DNA from: Cyanobacteria bacterium P01_D01_bin.156
GTDB lineage: Bacteria > Cyanobacteriota > Cyanobacteriia > Phormidesmidales > Phormidesmidaceae
Assembly: GCA_039024555.1 (NCBI GenBank)
Contig: JBCCQQ010000005.1
Location: 1 to 64,000, forward strand
Direction of reading: 5' to 3'
DNA: 64,000 nt
This document shows positions 10,580 through 20,363 of the stretch, in pieces. Numbering within the stretch: position 1 is the first letter of the stretch; every line of letters begins with the position of its first letter. The notes beneath the pieces are model-generated. The model did not search any database and was not told the DNA's origin. It was given only the letters and a program-made list of their open reading frames with translations. The position numbers and the translations under genes are program-made.

Positions 10580-11494
10580 CTACTCCTCTATCGCTGAAAA
10601 CTGTAACCCTGCTGCCAGAATCACCACCATTATCCCAATCAGCAAGGTAGCCAGGGCCGAGGTGCGCGGCAGGTTGGTAGAGGCCGCATATTCGTTAAAA
10701 ATCACTGTCGAAAACAGCGGAAATGAGCCCAAAATTGACTTGCCTGTTCCACCGCCAAGAACAATGCCTGAAAGCACGTCTCCTAAACTAATGATGGAAC
10801 CAAAGACGGCACTGTACACTAGTCCTGGTTTACTCAGGGGCAACAGCACTCGCCAGAATGTTTGCCAGGTGGTAGCTCCTAGATTTTTAGACGCGTTGAG
10901 TAACGTTACATCAATGTTGCGCACCACTAGATACAAAATCAAAATCATGATGGGTGCCAGATAGTGAAGCAGTCCGATGCGGGTCCCCACCTGGGTAAAG
11001 ATGATCTGTAGAGGGGTTTCAATCCAACCCAGTTTTATCAATAACGTATTGAGTAACCCGTTGGTGTTGATTACCGTTTGCCAAGCATACAGCCGCAGAA
11101 TGTAGCTGGTCCAGAAGGGAGCAATGGCCAGTACCAGGGCAAAGCGCTGTAGGGCTGGCGGCACCACAAAGGCCAATGTTAGGGCAAAAGGATAGCACAG
11201 CAGTAGCCCCAGCACTGTTGTTGTGGCAGCCACCCAAAGAGATTGGGCAATGGCAAAGGCATATCGCGACCGGCTAAAAAACTGGCTAAAAATATCACTG
11301 TAGTTGGTCAGGGAGAATCCCGGCACCGACTGATAGTTTTCTACGGTCCAAAACCCAATCCACACCAAGAACAACAAAGGCAACAGAAAAAACAGGCTAT
11401 CGTAAATAACGACCGGAGCGAGGCACACATATTTCAACGGACTAGCCTCATCAGGAGTCCAGTTGCCCCTGGGGCGACTTAAGGGAAGACGCAT
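10580..11494 (-). CDS. ABC transporter permease (PotB-like)
   Basis: PFWTSYILRLYAW, ASKNLGA..WQTFWRVLLPLSKPG. Confidence 0.9.
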   Translation of the reverse strand: MRLPLSRPRGNWTPDEASPLKYVCLAPVVIYDSLFFLLPLLFLVWIGFWTVENYQSVPGFSLTNYSDIFSQFFSRSRYAFAIAQSLWVAATTTVLGLLLCYPFALTLAFVVPPALQRFALVLAIAPFWTSYILRLYAWQTVINTNGLLNTLLIKLGWIETPLQIIFTQVGTRIGLLHYLAPIMILILYLVVRNIDVTLLNASKNLGATTWQTFWRVLLPLSKPGLVYSAVFGSIISLGDVLSGIVLGGGTGKSILGSFPLFSTVIFNEYAASTNLPRTSALATLLIGIMVVILAAGLQFSAIEE

Positions 11495-11496
11495 GG

Positions 11497-12639
11497 CTAA
11501 CTCCGTTCTCCTAGTAGGACGGCATCCTGGGTGTGCCAAGAGAGATAGAGTTCTGCATCCATGGGAATATCCAAACTCTGGCTAAAGGCTTCCTGACGAA
11601 TAACCTGTACTTCATAGCCAGTGCCCGTTTCCAGTAGATAAATTAGCTGAGACCCAAGAAATTCTCGTCCTCGTAAGGTGGCTTGAATGGTGTTTCCTAA
11701 TGCCCCTGGCTGGACCGACAACGTAATGCGATCCGCTGGCACTACCACCGTAACGGTGTCTCCTAACCCATGGGGACGGTCCGAAATGGTCTGTATCTTA
11801 CCCTGAGGGCACTGGACCGTAACAACAGTGCCGTTAATCTCTGTTACCTGACCATCAAATAGGTTGTTGTTACCGACAAACTCTGCCACAAAGTGGGTGG
11901 CGGGTTGGTTGTAGATTTCTGCCGGGGTGCCCACCTGTTCAATGCGACCCCGGTTCATCACCACAATTCGATCCGCCATGGAAAAGGCTTCATTTTGGTT
12001 ATGGGTAACGTAGAAAAAAGAAATCCCCAAGGACTGCTGCAGCCGTTTTAGCTCGCCCTGCATTCTTACCCTTAGATGGGGATCGAGGGCACTCATGGGT
12101 TCATCTAATAGCAGGATGGGTGGGGCCGTAATTAGGGATCTCGCGATCGCAACCCGTTGTTTCTGCCCACCACTCAACTGGCTAATGCGCCGGTCCAGCA
12201 ATTCTTCGAGGTGCATCAAGGCCGCCATCCGTTGCACCTGTTGTCGCACCTCTGCTTTACGGTGCTTGCTCAGTGTAAGACCAAAGGCGATATTCTTTCG
12301 TACATTCAGGTGGGGAAATAGGGCAAAATTTTGCCACACCATGGGCGTATTGCGACGATTTACAGGGAGCTGGGTAATCTCCTGCCCTTGCAACACAATC
12401 GCCCCAGATGCAATGCCCTCCAGACCCGCAATAATCCGTAACAGCGTTGTCTTACCGCAGCCACTGGGTCCCATAATGGCGACAAATTCTCCCTGTTTAA
12501 CGGTCAGATTAATGTCGTGCAAAACCTGTTGCTGACCGTAAAACTTTGAAATCTGGCGTAGTTCCAGATCCTGGGAAGCCTCAGCTGCCGTGGCTGACTC
12601 GGGAGGGGCTATGGCCATGGAAGAGACCGGTTGATTCAT
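11497..12639 (-). CDS. ABC transporter ATP-binding protein (PotA-like, TOBE C-terminus)
   Basis: GPSGCGKT, LSGGQKQR, LLLDEP, YVTHNQ. Confidence 0.93.
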   Translation of the reverse strand: MNQPVSSMAIAPPESATAAEASQDLELRQISKFYGQQQVLHDINLTVKQGEFVAIMGPSGCGKTTLLRIIAGLEGIASGAIVLQGQEITQLPVNRRNTPMVWQNFALFPHLNVRKNIAFGLTLSKHRKAEVRQQVQRMAALMHLEELLDRRISQLSGGQKQRVAIARSLITAPPILLLDEPMSALDPHLRVRMQGELKRLQQSLGISFFYVTHNQNEAFSMADRIVVMNRGRIEQVGTPAEIYNQPATHFVAEFVGNNNLFDGQVTEINGTVVTVQCPQGKIQTISDRPHGLGDTVTVVVPADRITLSVQPGALGNTIQATLRGREFLGSQLIYLLETGTGYEVQVIRQEAFSQSLDIPMDAELYLSWHTQDAVLLGERS

Positions 12640-12698
12640 GAACCTGGAGAGATATTAGGGTGTTTTTTCGAAGTCATCGTAAAATTGCTTGTGGTTTT

Positions 12699-13095
12699 GC
12701 CCCCCTAAATCCCAAAATTCTGGCAGGGTTGTTTCATTGTCTGGACAGAAAATCTAAAGGCATTGAAAGCCTATTTCAGGAAAGGCATGCTCTACCTGAA
12801 GGTAGGCCAAACAACAATGCGATAACCTGATTAATCGACCCCGCCGTAACCCCTACTTTAATGCAATTGAGGACAACCTAGTAGGCTGGGTTCTAGGGCG
12901 GCCTCCCGGCCCTAGCCATGGGGGTTTGGGGAACTCGGAGGGACCCCAAGCAACCGATTTTGGCTCCCTCCGAATCATATCTCGATTCAGTATGAATGAA
13001 GTCATAAGCCTTAAAGATTTTCTCTGGTAAACACGAAACGACCTTGCCGAATTCTGGGGGACTTTAAGCAGGATCTCCTCAGAATTTGGGAAACC
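12699..13095. repeat. Nested degenerate small repeats/MITE remnants inside the operon
   Basis: A CCCCCTAAATCCC..AATTCTGG|GGGACTTT-type repeat is split by a segment with CAGGGTTGTTTCATTG / CAATGCGATAACCTG / ACGAAACGACCTTG inverted ends. Confidence 0.4.
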
Positions 13096-13229
13096 CCGGT
13101 ATGTCTAATTGGAAAAATACGGATGTTTCTAAAAAGGGGCCAATGTAGGATTTTAGGCTTCAGTTCGAGATGTATACATTCAGCCTCATTACCAAGGGGA
13201 ACCGACCCCATCAAGAAAGTGCATATCCC

Positions 13230-14447
13230 CTAACTGGTCTTAAACTCGTTATAAAAGTCCTGCCACGCCTGCTCAGGCTGCTGCACCGGCAATTGACGAG
13301 CACGAGTGCGCTCTAGCTGGACCTCCATAATGGTCTTGCCAGCATTGTCTGGATCAGGAATATACCCCAACAATTCTTTCTCCGCACCACTGAGGTGATC
13401 AATCGCCTTCAGGTTGGGGGCCAGTCCCTTATAGGCTTTAGCATTTGCCAGACGAGCCTGGACCTCAGGGGTGCTCATGTACTTAACCCACTCTAGGGCC
13501 AGGTCTGGATTCTTACTTTCGGCAGCCACTGTGGCCCCTTCGCTCCAGCGGATTGCCCCTTCCTTGGGCACAACAGCAGCGAATTGGGATTGACCATCTG
13601 CGATCGCATTTTGAATTAGCCAGTCACCCACCGGACCTGCTATGACGCTCTCATTGATAAAGGCATTGGTAATGTCCTGAATATTAGGAGTAATCAGCGC
13701 CACATTGGGCTTGAGCTTCACCATCCAATCCTTAACCTGCACCAATTGATCGTCAGTTAGGTCATAGGGATTGGGATTATCTGGGAACAGGGCCAGACTG
13801 GCGTTCCCCATATTTGGCAAGTACCAGTCAAAGAAAGCTAATTTACCCTGTAGATCTTCCCGTGCCAGTATTTCCCAACTGGTCACTTCTTCAGGCTTAA
13901 TAAACTTAGTGTTGAAGGCAATGCCGTAGTTACCAAAGCGGGTCCCCACGGCCATCAGCTGGTCTCCCTGGTAGAAACCGGGAAACTCTTTATAGACGGC
14001 GGTGTAGTCAGCCAGCGCATCGAAGTCAGCATCATTCAAGGGAGAGATGGCTCCTATTTCCACCAGCTTGACAACATATTCCCCGTCAGAAATGATGCCG
14101 TCAAAGGTACCCGGCGGAGACTGGTTAAAAAACTGGAGCATCTGCTCACCGCCAACGTAGGTCTTAAACTCGACTTTCACCCCCATCTTTTCTTCAAAGG
14201 GGCCAATAATTTCTGGTTCGTCGTATCCCGCCCAGGAAAGAATTCTCAGGGTTTTTCCACCATCACCAGCGCTGGCTGCAACGTCTGTACCGGTTTCTGC
14301 GGTCTCTGTTCCTGGGGCACAACTGGCCAATTTAGTCGCAGCTAAAGCACCAGCACCCAAAGATGCATAACGGATAAATCGTCTCCGAGTGAGGGCACGG
14401 AACGACATCTCTCGACTAGTAACCAAAGGGTTATAACGCTGGTTCAT
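13230..14447 (-). CDS. Periplasmic substrate-binding protein (PotD/PotF-like), Tat-type lipoprotein signal
   Basis: TRRRFI twin-arginine motif, LASC lipobox-like sequence, LRILSWAGY, VPKEGAIRW; GGAG ribosome-binding site upstream. Confidence 0.88.
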   Translation of the reverse strand: MNQRYNPLVTSREMSFRALTRRRFIRYASLGAGALAATKLASCAPGTETAETGTDVAASAGDGGKTLRILSWAGYDEPEIIGPFEEKMGVKVEFKTYVGGEQMLQFFNQSPPGTFDGIISDGEYVVKLVEIGAISPLNDADFDALADYTAVYKEFPGFYQGDQLMAVGTRFGNYGIAFNTKFIKPEEVTSWEILAREDLQGKLAFFDWYLPNMGNASLALFPDNPNPYDLTDDQLVQVKDWMVKLKPNVALITPNIQDITNAFINESVIAGPVGDWLIQNAIADGQSQFAAVVPKEGAIRWSEGATVAAESKNPDLALEWVKYMSTPEVQARLANAKAYKGLAPNLKAIDHLSGAEKELLGYIPDPDNAGKTIMEVQLERTRARQLPVQQPEQAWQDFYNEFKTS

Positions 14448-14489
14448 TAGATTCTCCAAAAGGGGCAAATACAAATAAATAAAAAAATC

Positions 14490-14582
14490 GGCGTTGCTGA
14501 TCCTCGGGATGATTGTTTAGCTGCCAAATCCAGGCAATTGATAGGTTCTACAGATCATTTCATCCCCTAAATCAGCAACGGG
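14490..14582. mobile_element. 91-bp-family MITE copy 2 (93 bp)
   Basis: GGCGTTGCTGATCCTCGG ... ATCAGCAACGGG; flanks AAAAAATC / AAAAAACC. Confidence 0.8.
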
Positions 14583-14662
14583 AAAAAACCTTGTAAAAAC
14601 TCTCTTGCCTACCACAAATGCAATGAAACCATGACAAAGTACAGAAAACTAGAATTAACAGG

Positions 14663-14704
14663 ATGTTAAGGAAAAGCATCAAACTAGAAAGTAAATTTCA
14701 ATAC
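14663..14704 (-). promoter_or_regulatory. NtcA class II promoter of the ABC/amidohydrolase operon
   Basis: Minus strand reads GTA-TTGAAATT-TAC (14704-14691), a 22-nt spacer, then TAACAT (14668-14663), matching GTA-N8-TAC-N22-TAN3T. Confidence 0.7.
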
Positions 14705-14790
14705 AAACTCCAGGTTTCAGGCCAATCTATTGAAATATAAAAGGATTAATGGCGTGTTAAGAATTCTCTACGTTGGGGTTACCATCTAGG

Positions 14791-15852
14791 TCAATCAGTA
14801 TCTGATGCATTGAACAAAATTTGCATCACTCGAGAACCCGGTTCGCTAAGAGCATCCCGAGCAATGGTAGCCACTTCGCCAGTAACAGCTGCCTGATATT
14901 CAGCAACAATGTCCCCAAAGGCATTACGCTGCAACGCAACGGTTTGTCCTGGAGTAACACTCTCTCCAACATCAACTAACAATTCGAGAAACCCACCTGT
15001 TGTCGAACGAATTGTTGAAAACTGATTTCCAAAGAAGGTGCCAACATCTTTAGCTGTACGCCCCATCGGCCCCTGAATAATTTGGTGATGCGTCAACACG
15101 TTCAAGGTACCTTCAACCGCCATGGCAATTTTTTGCGCATCAAAAACTCGTGGGCTGCCAAGTTCTACTGTAAGTGCTGGAATGCCTGCCTCTGAGAATG
15201 TGGTCTCTAAACAGCCTTTTTCTCCTTTATCATCTTTGATCTGCTCCACTGGAAAGAGCTTTGCCATCTGGTGAATCTGTGGGTTACTCAGATCGGCGTA
15301 AATAAACAGAGTGAAATCGCTACCGGTGGATACGGTATGAAAATCAATTGCTAAGTCAAGGTTGGGTTGGAACAGTCGCTGCCACAGTAGCCCTGCATGG
15401 CGGGTAGGAGGATTGTTGCCCATTTCGTCACCGGGCCAAACACGGTTGATATCAACAGAAGAGCCGCCACCATAGGCCATGGGCCATTGTGCTTGGGTAA
15501 ACTCTATGGCCGCACGGGAAAGTCCTAACACAGCAATAACAGTTCCTGCCATTTTATCAGGCTCCAGGTCTGCCATTACCCGCTGCACAGCATTCATCGA
15601 ACTCAATTCATCTCCATGCACTCCGGCTACAAGGCCAATGCATTTACCTTTTTGAGCGCCTTTGGCGACGATAATGGGCACATACCAGTGCTGCCCAGTG
15701 CCCATCTGCACTCCCTGAAAAAAGAAGCGATACTGTTTACCACTTTCTAGATCATCAATGTTTAACTGGCTAATGACAGGAATACCCTGAATGGTATCAC
15801 CGGTGTAAAGAGTTTCTCCTGAAGAGATTTGTAAGTTGTTAAGTGTTGCCAT
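14791..15852 (-). CDS. Succinylglutamate desuccinylase/aspartoacylase (M14) family protein
   Basis: AGVHGDE, DINRVWPG, IDFHT, LTVELG; C-terminal barrel-sandwich-like domain. Confidence 0.85.
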   Translation of the reverse strand: MATLNNLQISSGETLYTGDTIQGIPVISQLNIDDLESGKQYRFFFQGVQMGTGQHWYVPIIVAKGAQKGKCIGLVAGVHGDELSSMNAVQRVMADLEPDKMAGTVIAVLGLSRAAIEFTQAQWPMAYGGGSSVDINRVWPGDEMGNNPPTRHAGLLWQRLFQPNLDLAIDFHTVSTGSDFTLFIYADLSNPQIHQMAKLFPVEQIKDDKGEKGCLETTFSEAGIPALTVELGSPRVFDAQKIAMAVEGTLNVLTHHQIIQGPMGRTAKDVGTFFGNQFSTIRSTTGGFLELLVDVGESVTPGQTVALQRNAFGDIVAEYQAAVTGEVATIARDALSEPGSRVMQILFNASDTD

Positions 15853-16168
15853 AGTTTATTTACTTGCTGATGTAATGTTACGACATTGTTAGTAGCCCTA
15901 AGAGCTGTTACTCGACTGGCCAGCCAGAGAATAGATTCAGTCGAGAAGAGAATTAGGGTGTTTTGCTTGGCACATTTATCCAAAACTATTGCTTAATAAA
16001 GCGTTTCAGAGTTGAGTAACCCCTCAACCAACAGCGCTCAAAAAAGGCTTTTGTTTACCCTCAAGCAGCAGTCAGCTACTGGGAAATCTTTAATCAATCG
16101 TCTGGCGGTTAGCACACGCCTCGTGCGTATGGTTTAATATCGCCACCAGCAAAACGAGTTCGTCTGAG

Positions 16169-18394
16169 GTGGCTTTGAATCAGCAATTTGCGCAGCAAAA
16201 CGATCATCAGGACTTAGTGGGCTTCATCTGGAGTATTGCCGATAAGCTGAGGGGGCCTTACCGTCCACCCCAATATCGACGGGTGATGCTACCGCTGATC
16301 ATATTGCGCCGATTGGACTGTGTGCTGGAACCGACGAAGCAAGCGGTATTGAAGACAAAGGAAAAGTTTGAAGCAAAGGGGATCGAAGGGGTTGCCCTGG
16401 AGAAAGCGCTATCTAAGATTGCGATCGGAGCAGAGCGCACTCAACCCTTGTATAACACCAGCGAATTTACATTTCGCAAGTTGCTGGATGATGCACCGGG
16501 CATTGCCAGTAATTTGGTGTCCTATATCAATGGTTTTTCGCCCCGTGCCCGTGACATTTTTGAGAAGTTTGAATTTGAGAATGAAATTCAGAAGCTCGAC
16601 GAAAATAATCGCCTGTTTCTGATTATCAAGGAGTTTTGCAGCCCTCAGATTAATCTATCCCCTGAGAACCTTAGTTCGATGGATATGGGCTATGTCTTTG
16701 AGGAGCTGGTTCGTAAGTTTAATGAGCAAGCGAACGAAGAAGCGGGGGATCACTTTACGCCCCGTGAGGTGATTCGCCTGATGGTAAGTCTAATGTTTAG
16801 CGACGAGGACGAGGTCTTTCAGGCTGGCATCTATAAGAGTATTTACGATCCTGCCGTTGGCACTGGCGGTATGCTGTCAGAATCAGAGAGGCATATCAAG
16901 GCCCAGAACCCAGATGCCAATCTGGAGCTGTTCGGTCAGGAATATAATCCTGAAGCCTACGCCATCTGTTGTTCAGACCTACTGATCAAGGACGCCCCCA
17001 TCAACAATCTAATTTTTGGTGACACCCTGGGGTTAAAGGGGGCCAAAAATCGGGCTAATAACTTTGTGCCCCATGATGGCCATGGCGATAAGCAGTTTCA
17101 CTACATGCTTGCTAATCCACCGTTTGGGGTGGAATGGAAGCCTGAGAAGGATTTTGTCGAGGAAGAACATAAAGAGCAGGGCTTTAGCGGACGCTTTGGA
17201 GCTGGGTTACCCAGAATTAATGATGGGTCATTGCTGTTTCTGCAGCATATGATTTCAAAGATGCGTCCGGTGTCTGAGGACGGTGGGGAAGGTTCTAAAA
17301 TCGCCATCGTCTTTAACGGCTCACCTCTGTTTACGGGGGATGCAGGCAGTGGGGAAAGCAATATTCGCCGCTGGATCATTGAGAATGACTGGCTGGCTGC
17401 GGTGGTGGCTCTGCCCGACCAGATGTTTTACAACACGGGCATTTATACCTACATCTGGCTGGTAACCAACAAGAAGCCATCCCATCGTCAGGGCAAGGTG
17501 CAGCTGATTGACGGCACCCGCCATTTTCAAAAAATGAAAAAAAGTCTCGGGAATAAGCGCCATGAGTTATCTCCTGAGCATATTCAGGAACTGGTTAGTC
17601 TGTATGGAGAATGTCAGCACGATGCCACCAGTGAGGTGTTGGTAGAGGGCAAGAAGGAAACGCGCATCTGCTCAAAGGTCTTTGATAATCGGGAATTTGG
17701 CTTTTTGAAAATGACGGTGGATCGGCCTTTACGGCTTAATTTTCAGGCCAGCCCGGAGCGAATTGCCATCATCTGGGAGCAAACAGCCTTTGTGAATCTG
17801 GCGAAAAGCAAAAAGCGTAAGGATAAAAAGACGGCTGAAGCAGAAGTAAAAGCTGGCAAAGAACTGCAGCAGGCGATTATCCGTGTGCTTAAGTCACTGG
17901 ATGAGAGTCCGGTTTACAAAGCGCGACCCGACTTTCTGAAAGTGCTGGATGCTGCCGTCAAAAAGGCTGGTATTAAGCTGGCGGCTTCAGTCAAGAAGGC
18001 GGTTCTGGCTGCTTTGAGTGAAACAGATCCTACGGCTGAGATTTGTCGGGATAAACAGGGTAACCCCGAGCCGGATAGCAATTTGCGGGATACGGAAATT
18101 GTGCCGTTGCCGGAGGATATTGAGCTGCCGTTGCCGTTGGGGTATGACGGGGAAACGGGCCATGGTGATTTGCTGGCATTGGTGGAAGACCACTGTGAGG
18201 AGTATCTCAAGGTAGAAGTATTGCCCCATGTGCCCGATGCTTGGATGGACCATAGTAAGACCAAGGTGGGTTATGAGATACCGTTGAATCGTCATTTTTA
18301 TGTGTATCAGCCACCCCGACCGCTGAGCGACATTGAGGATGATATTAAGGCCCTGGAAAAGGACATTGTGAAAATGTTAGGGGACATTGTGTAG
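16169..18394 (+). CDS. hsdM: Type I restriction-modification methyltransferase subunit M
   Basis: IWSIADKLRG, AGDHFTPREV, YDPAVGTGGM, ANPPF (N6-adenine), KVGYEIPLNRHFY. Confidence 0.97.
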   Translation: MALNQQFAQQNDHQDLVGFIWSIADKLRGPYRPPQYRRVMLPLIILRRLDCVLEPTKQAVLKTKEKFEAKGIEGVALEKALSKIAIGAERTQPLYNTSEFTFRKLLDDAPGIASNLVSYINGFSPRARDIFEKFEFENEIQKLDENNRLFLIIKEFCSPQINLSPENLSSMDMGYVFEELVRKFNEQANEEAGDHFTPREVIRLMVSLMFSDEDEVFQAGIYKSIYDPAVGTGGMLSESERHIKAQNPDANLELFGQEYNPEAYAICCSDLLIKDAPINNLIFGDTLGLKGAKNRANNFVPHDGHGDKQFHYMLANPPFGVEWKPEKDFVEEEHKEQGFSGRFGAGLPRINDGSLLFLQHMISKMRPVSEDGGEGSKIAIVFNGSPLFTGDAGSGESNIRRWIIENDWLAAVVALPDQMFYNTGIYTYIWLVTNKKPSHRQGKVQLIDGTRHFQKMKKSLGNKRHELSPEHIQELVSLYGECQHDATSEVLVEGKKETRICSKVFDNREFGFLKMTVDRPLRLNFQASPERIAIIWEQTAFVNLAKSKKRKDKKTAEAEVKAGKELQQAIIRVLKSLDESPVYKARPDFLKVLDAAVKKAGIKLAASVKKAVLAALSETDPTAEICRDKQGNPEPDSNLRDTEIVPLPEDIELPLPLGYDGETGHGDLLALVEDHCEEYLKVEVLPHVPDAWMDHSKTKVGYEIPLNRHFYVYQPPRPLSDIEDDIKALEKDIVKMLGDIV

Positions 18395-19425
18395 TGAGTG
18401 AGAATCTCCCCGAATCAACAGCACTGATCAATGAGATTCGGCAGCTGATCAAAGAGGCTCGCTCTGCTGCCTATGCAGCCGTTAATGCAGGGTTGACAAT
18501 GCTTCATTGGCAGATAGGAAGACGCATTTGTACGGAAACGCTGAAGCAAGAACGTGCAGACTACGGTACTCAAATTGTTAAACGTTTGGCCGTTCAGCTG
18601 CAGCAAGAGTTTGGACGTGGATTTTCGGAAAAAAATCTGCGTCGCATGATTCAGTTTTATGAGGCTTTTCCTGAAGAGGCAATTGTCGTATCACTGATAC
18701 GACAATTAAGCTGGACCCATTTTATTGCGTTGATTCCTCTAAAACAGCCGCTACAGCGTGAGTTTTATGCGGAGATGTGTCGGGTGGAGCGGTGGAGCGT
18801 GCGGATGCTGCGCAAAAAGATTGATTCGATGCTGTACGAGCGGACGGCGCTATCGAAGCAGCCGGAGGAACTAGCCAAGGCGGAACTGCAGGCCCTGCGG
18901 GAAAACAATACCCTATCGCCCGACCTGGTTTTCAAAGATCCCTACGTGTTGGATTTTCTAGGATTAAAGGATCGTTACCTAGAAAAAGATCTTGAAGATG
19001 CCATTTTGCGCGAGATGGAGGCATTTTTGTTGGAGTTGGGGGATGGGTTTGCTTTCCTGGCCCGACAAAAGCGGATTCAGATTGATAGTGATGACTTTTA
19101 TATTGATCTGTTGTTTTACCATCGCAAGCTCAAGCGGTTGATTGCGGTTGATTTAAAGTTGGGAGACTTTAAGGCGGAGTACAAGGGGCAGATGGAGCTG
19201 TATCTGCGCTGGCTCAATCGCTATGACCGTCAGCCCGATGAGGAACCGCCGTTGGGGATTATTTTGTGTGCTGGCAAGAAACAGGAACAGATTGAACTGT
19301 TGGAGTTGGACCAGTCGGGGATTCATGTGGCGGAGTATTTGACGATATTGCCACCGAAGGAAGTGTTACAACAGAAGCTCCATGCGGCGATAGAGCAGGC
19401 TAAACAACGGTTAGGAGGTGAGTAA
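18394..19425 (+). CDS. YhcG/DUF1016 PD-(D/E)XK nuclease-domain protein
   Basis: FGRGFSEKNL, LSWTHF, KDPYVLDFL, FYIDLLFYHRKL, GQMELYL. Confidence 0.93.
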   Translation: MSENLPESTALINEIRQLIKEARSAAYAAVNAGLTMLHWQIGRRICTETLKQERADYGTQIVKRLAVQLQQEFGRGFSEKNLRRMIQFYEAFPEEAIVVSLIRQLSWTHFIALIPLKQPLQREFYAEMCRVERWSVRMLRKKIDSMLYERTALSKQPEELAKAELQALRENNTLSPDLVFKDPYVLDFLGLKDRYLEKDLEDAILREMEAFLLELGDGFAFLARQKRIQIDSDDFYIDLLFYHRKLKRLIAVDLKLGDFKAEYKGQMELYLRWLNRYDRQPDEEPPLGIILCAGKKQEQIELLELDQSGIHVAEYLTILPPKEVLQQKLHAAIEQAKQRLGGE

Positions 19426-19484
19426 TGGCGAGAGATTTAACAGCAGCAGCATTGGATCGGCAGAATATTCTTAATAATTGCTAG
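19425..19484 (+). pseudogene. 5' stub (19 aa) of a truncated cargo gene
   Basis: GGAGGTG RBS and TAATG coupling, then MARDLTAAALDRQNILNNC*. Confidence 0.5.
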
Positions 19485-19517
19485 CTTCTACAATAAATAT
19501 ATAGGAGTTAAACCAAT

Positions 19518-19808
19518 ATGGTCATGGATACTAACAGTCAGACCAAGCCCTTAGCTGTAAGCTTTACACTGGATGTGGTAAATATTTCTGATCAGTTGCA
19601 GGCAAAGGCACTGGCAAAGGCCCGAGAAGCCTATGTAATGGTTTTACTAGCAGACGGTGAAATTAGCAGTGGGAAAGCCGCCAGTTTATTAGGAATGTCT
19701 CGATTGGATATGCTCAATCACATGGAGGCATGGGGTATTTCTATCTTTGATGATTCTCTTAGCGCAGATGCATTACAACAGCAGGTTGAGCAGGCAAGTA
19801 ATCCTTGA
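19518..19808 (+). CDS. UPF0175 family protein (antitoxin-like)
   Basis: GEISSGKAASLLGMSR...GI. Confidence 0.8.
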   Translation: MVMDTNSQTKPLAVSFTLDVVNISDQLQAKALAKAREAYVMVLLADGEISSGKAASLLGMSRLDMLNHMEAWGISIFDDSLSADALQQQVEQASNP

Positions 19809-20070
19809 TGTGATGGCAGAACGGGCAGGTGGCCATATGAAGCTTATCAATCAGCAAGATGATAACTGTCTACCGGCGGACTACTAGGAGTTAAAGAATC
19901 GGCCAGCATTTACCGATGCCCCTGTGCCGTCTACGCTATCTGATGGCGATTGACATCAGGCCTGGGTATCACTCCAGGCAGAGTTTGGAGCCTATTATCA
20001 TGGAGGTGTTTAGACGATTAGCAAAGTGTTAGAGATATTTGTGAGATGGCTGTTGAGTTAGGAGGCTCAT

Positions 20071-20313
20071 ATGAATAGTCTGACTCTAGAAAGAATCACG
20101 ATAGATCCAGATATTTGTCATGGTAAGCCTTGCATTCGTGGGCTGCGCTATTCGGTGGAGTTTTTGTTAGAGCTGTTAAGTTCTGGGATGACCCATGCTG
20201 AGATTTTAGAAGATTATGATGATTTAGAAGAAGCTGATATTTTATCGGCATTGTTGTTTGCGGCTCAGCTTAGTCAGGTAAAAAGTGTATATAAACTGGC
20301 AATTGGCAAGTAA
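20071..20313 (+). CDS. DUF433 family protein (antitoxin-like)
   Basis: RITIDPDICHGKPCIRGLR...EILEDYDDL. Confidence 0.92.
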   Translation: MNSLTLERITIDPDICHGKPCIRGLRYSVEFLLELLSSGMTHAEILEDYDDLEEADILSALLFAAQLSQVKSVYKLAIGK

Positions 20314-20363
20314 CAGTCTTCTATCTTTATTGATGAGGTCGCACTGATGGGGGAGAGTATCTG

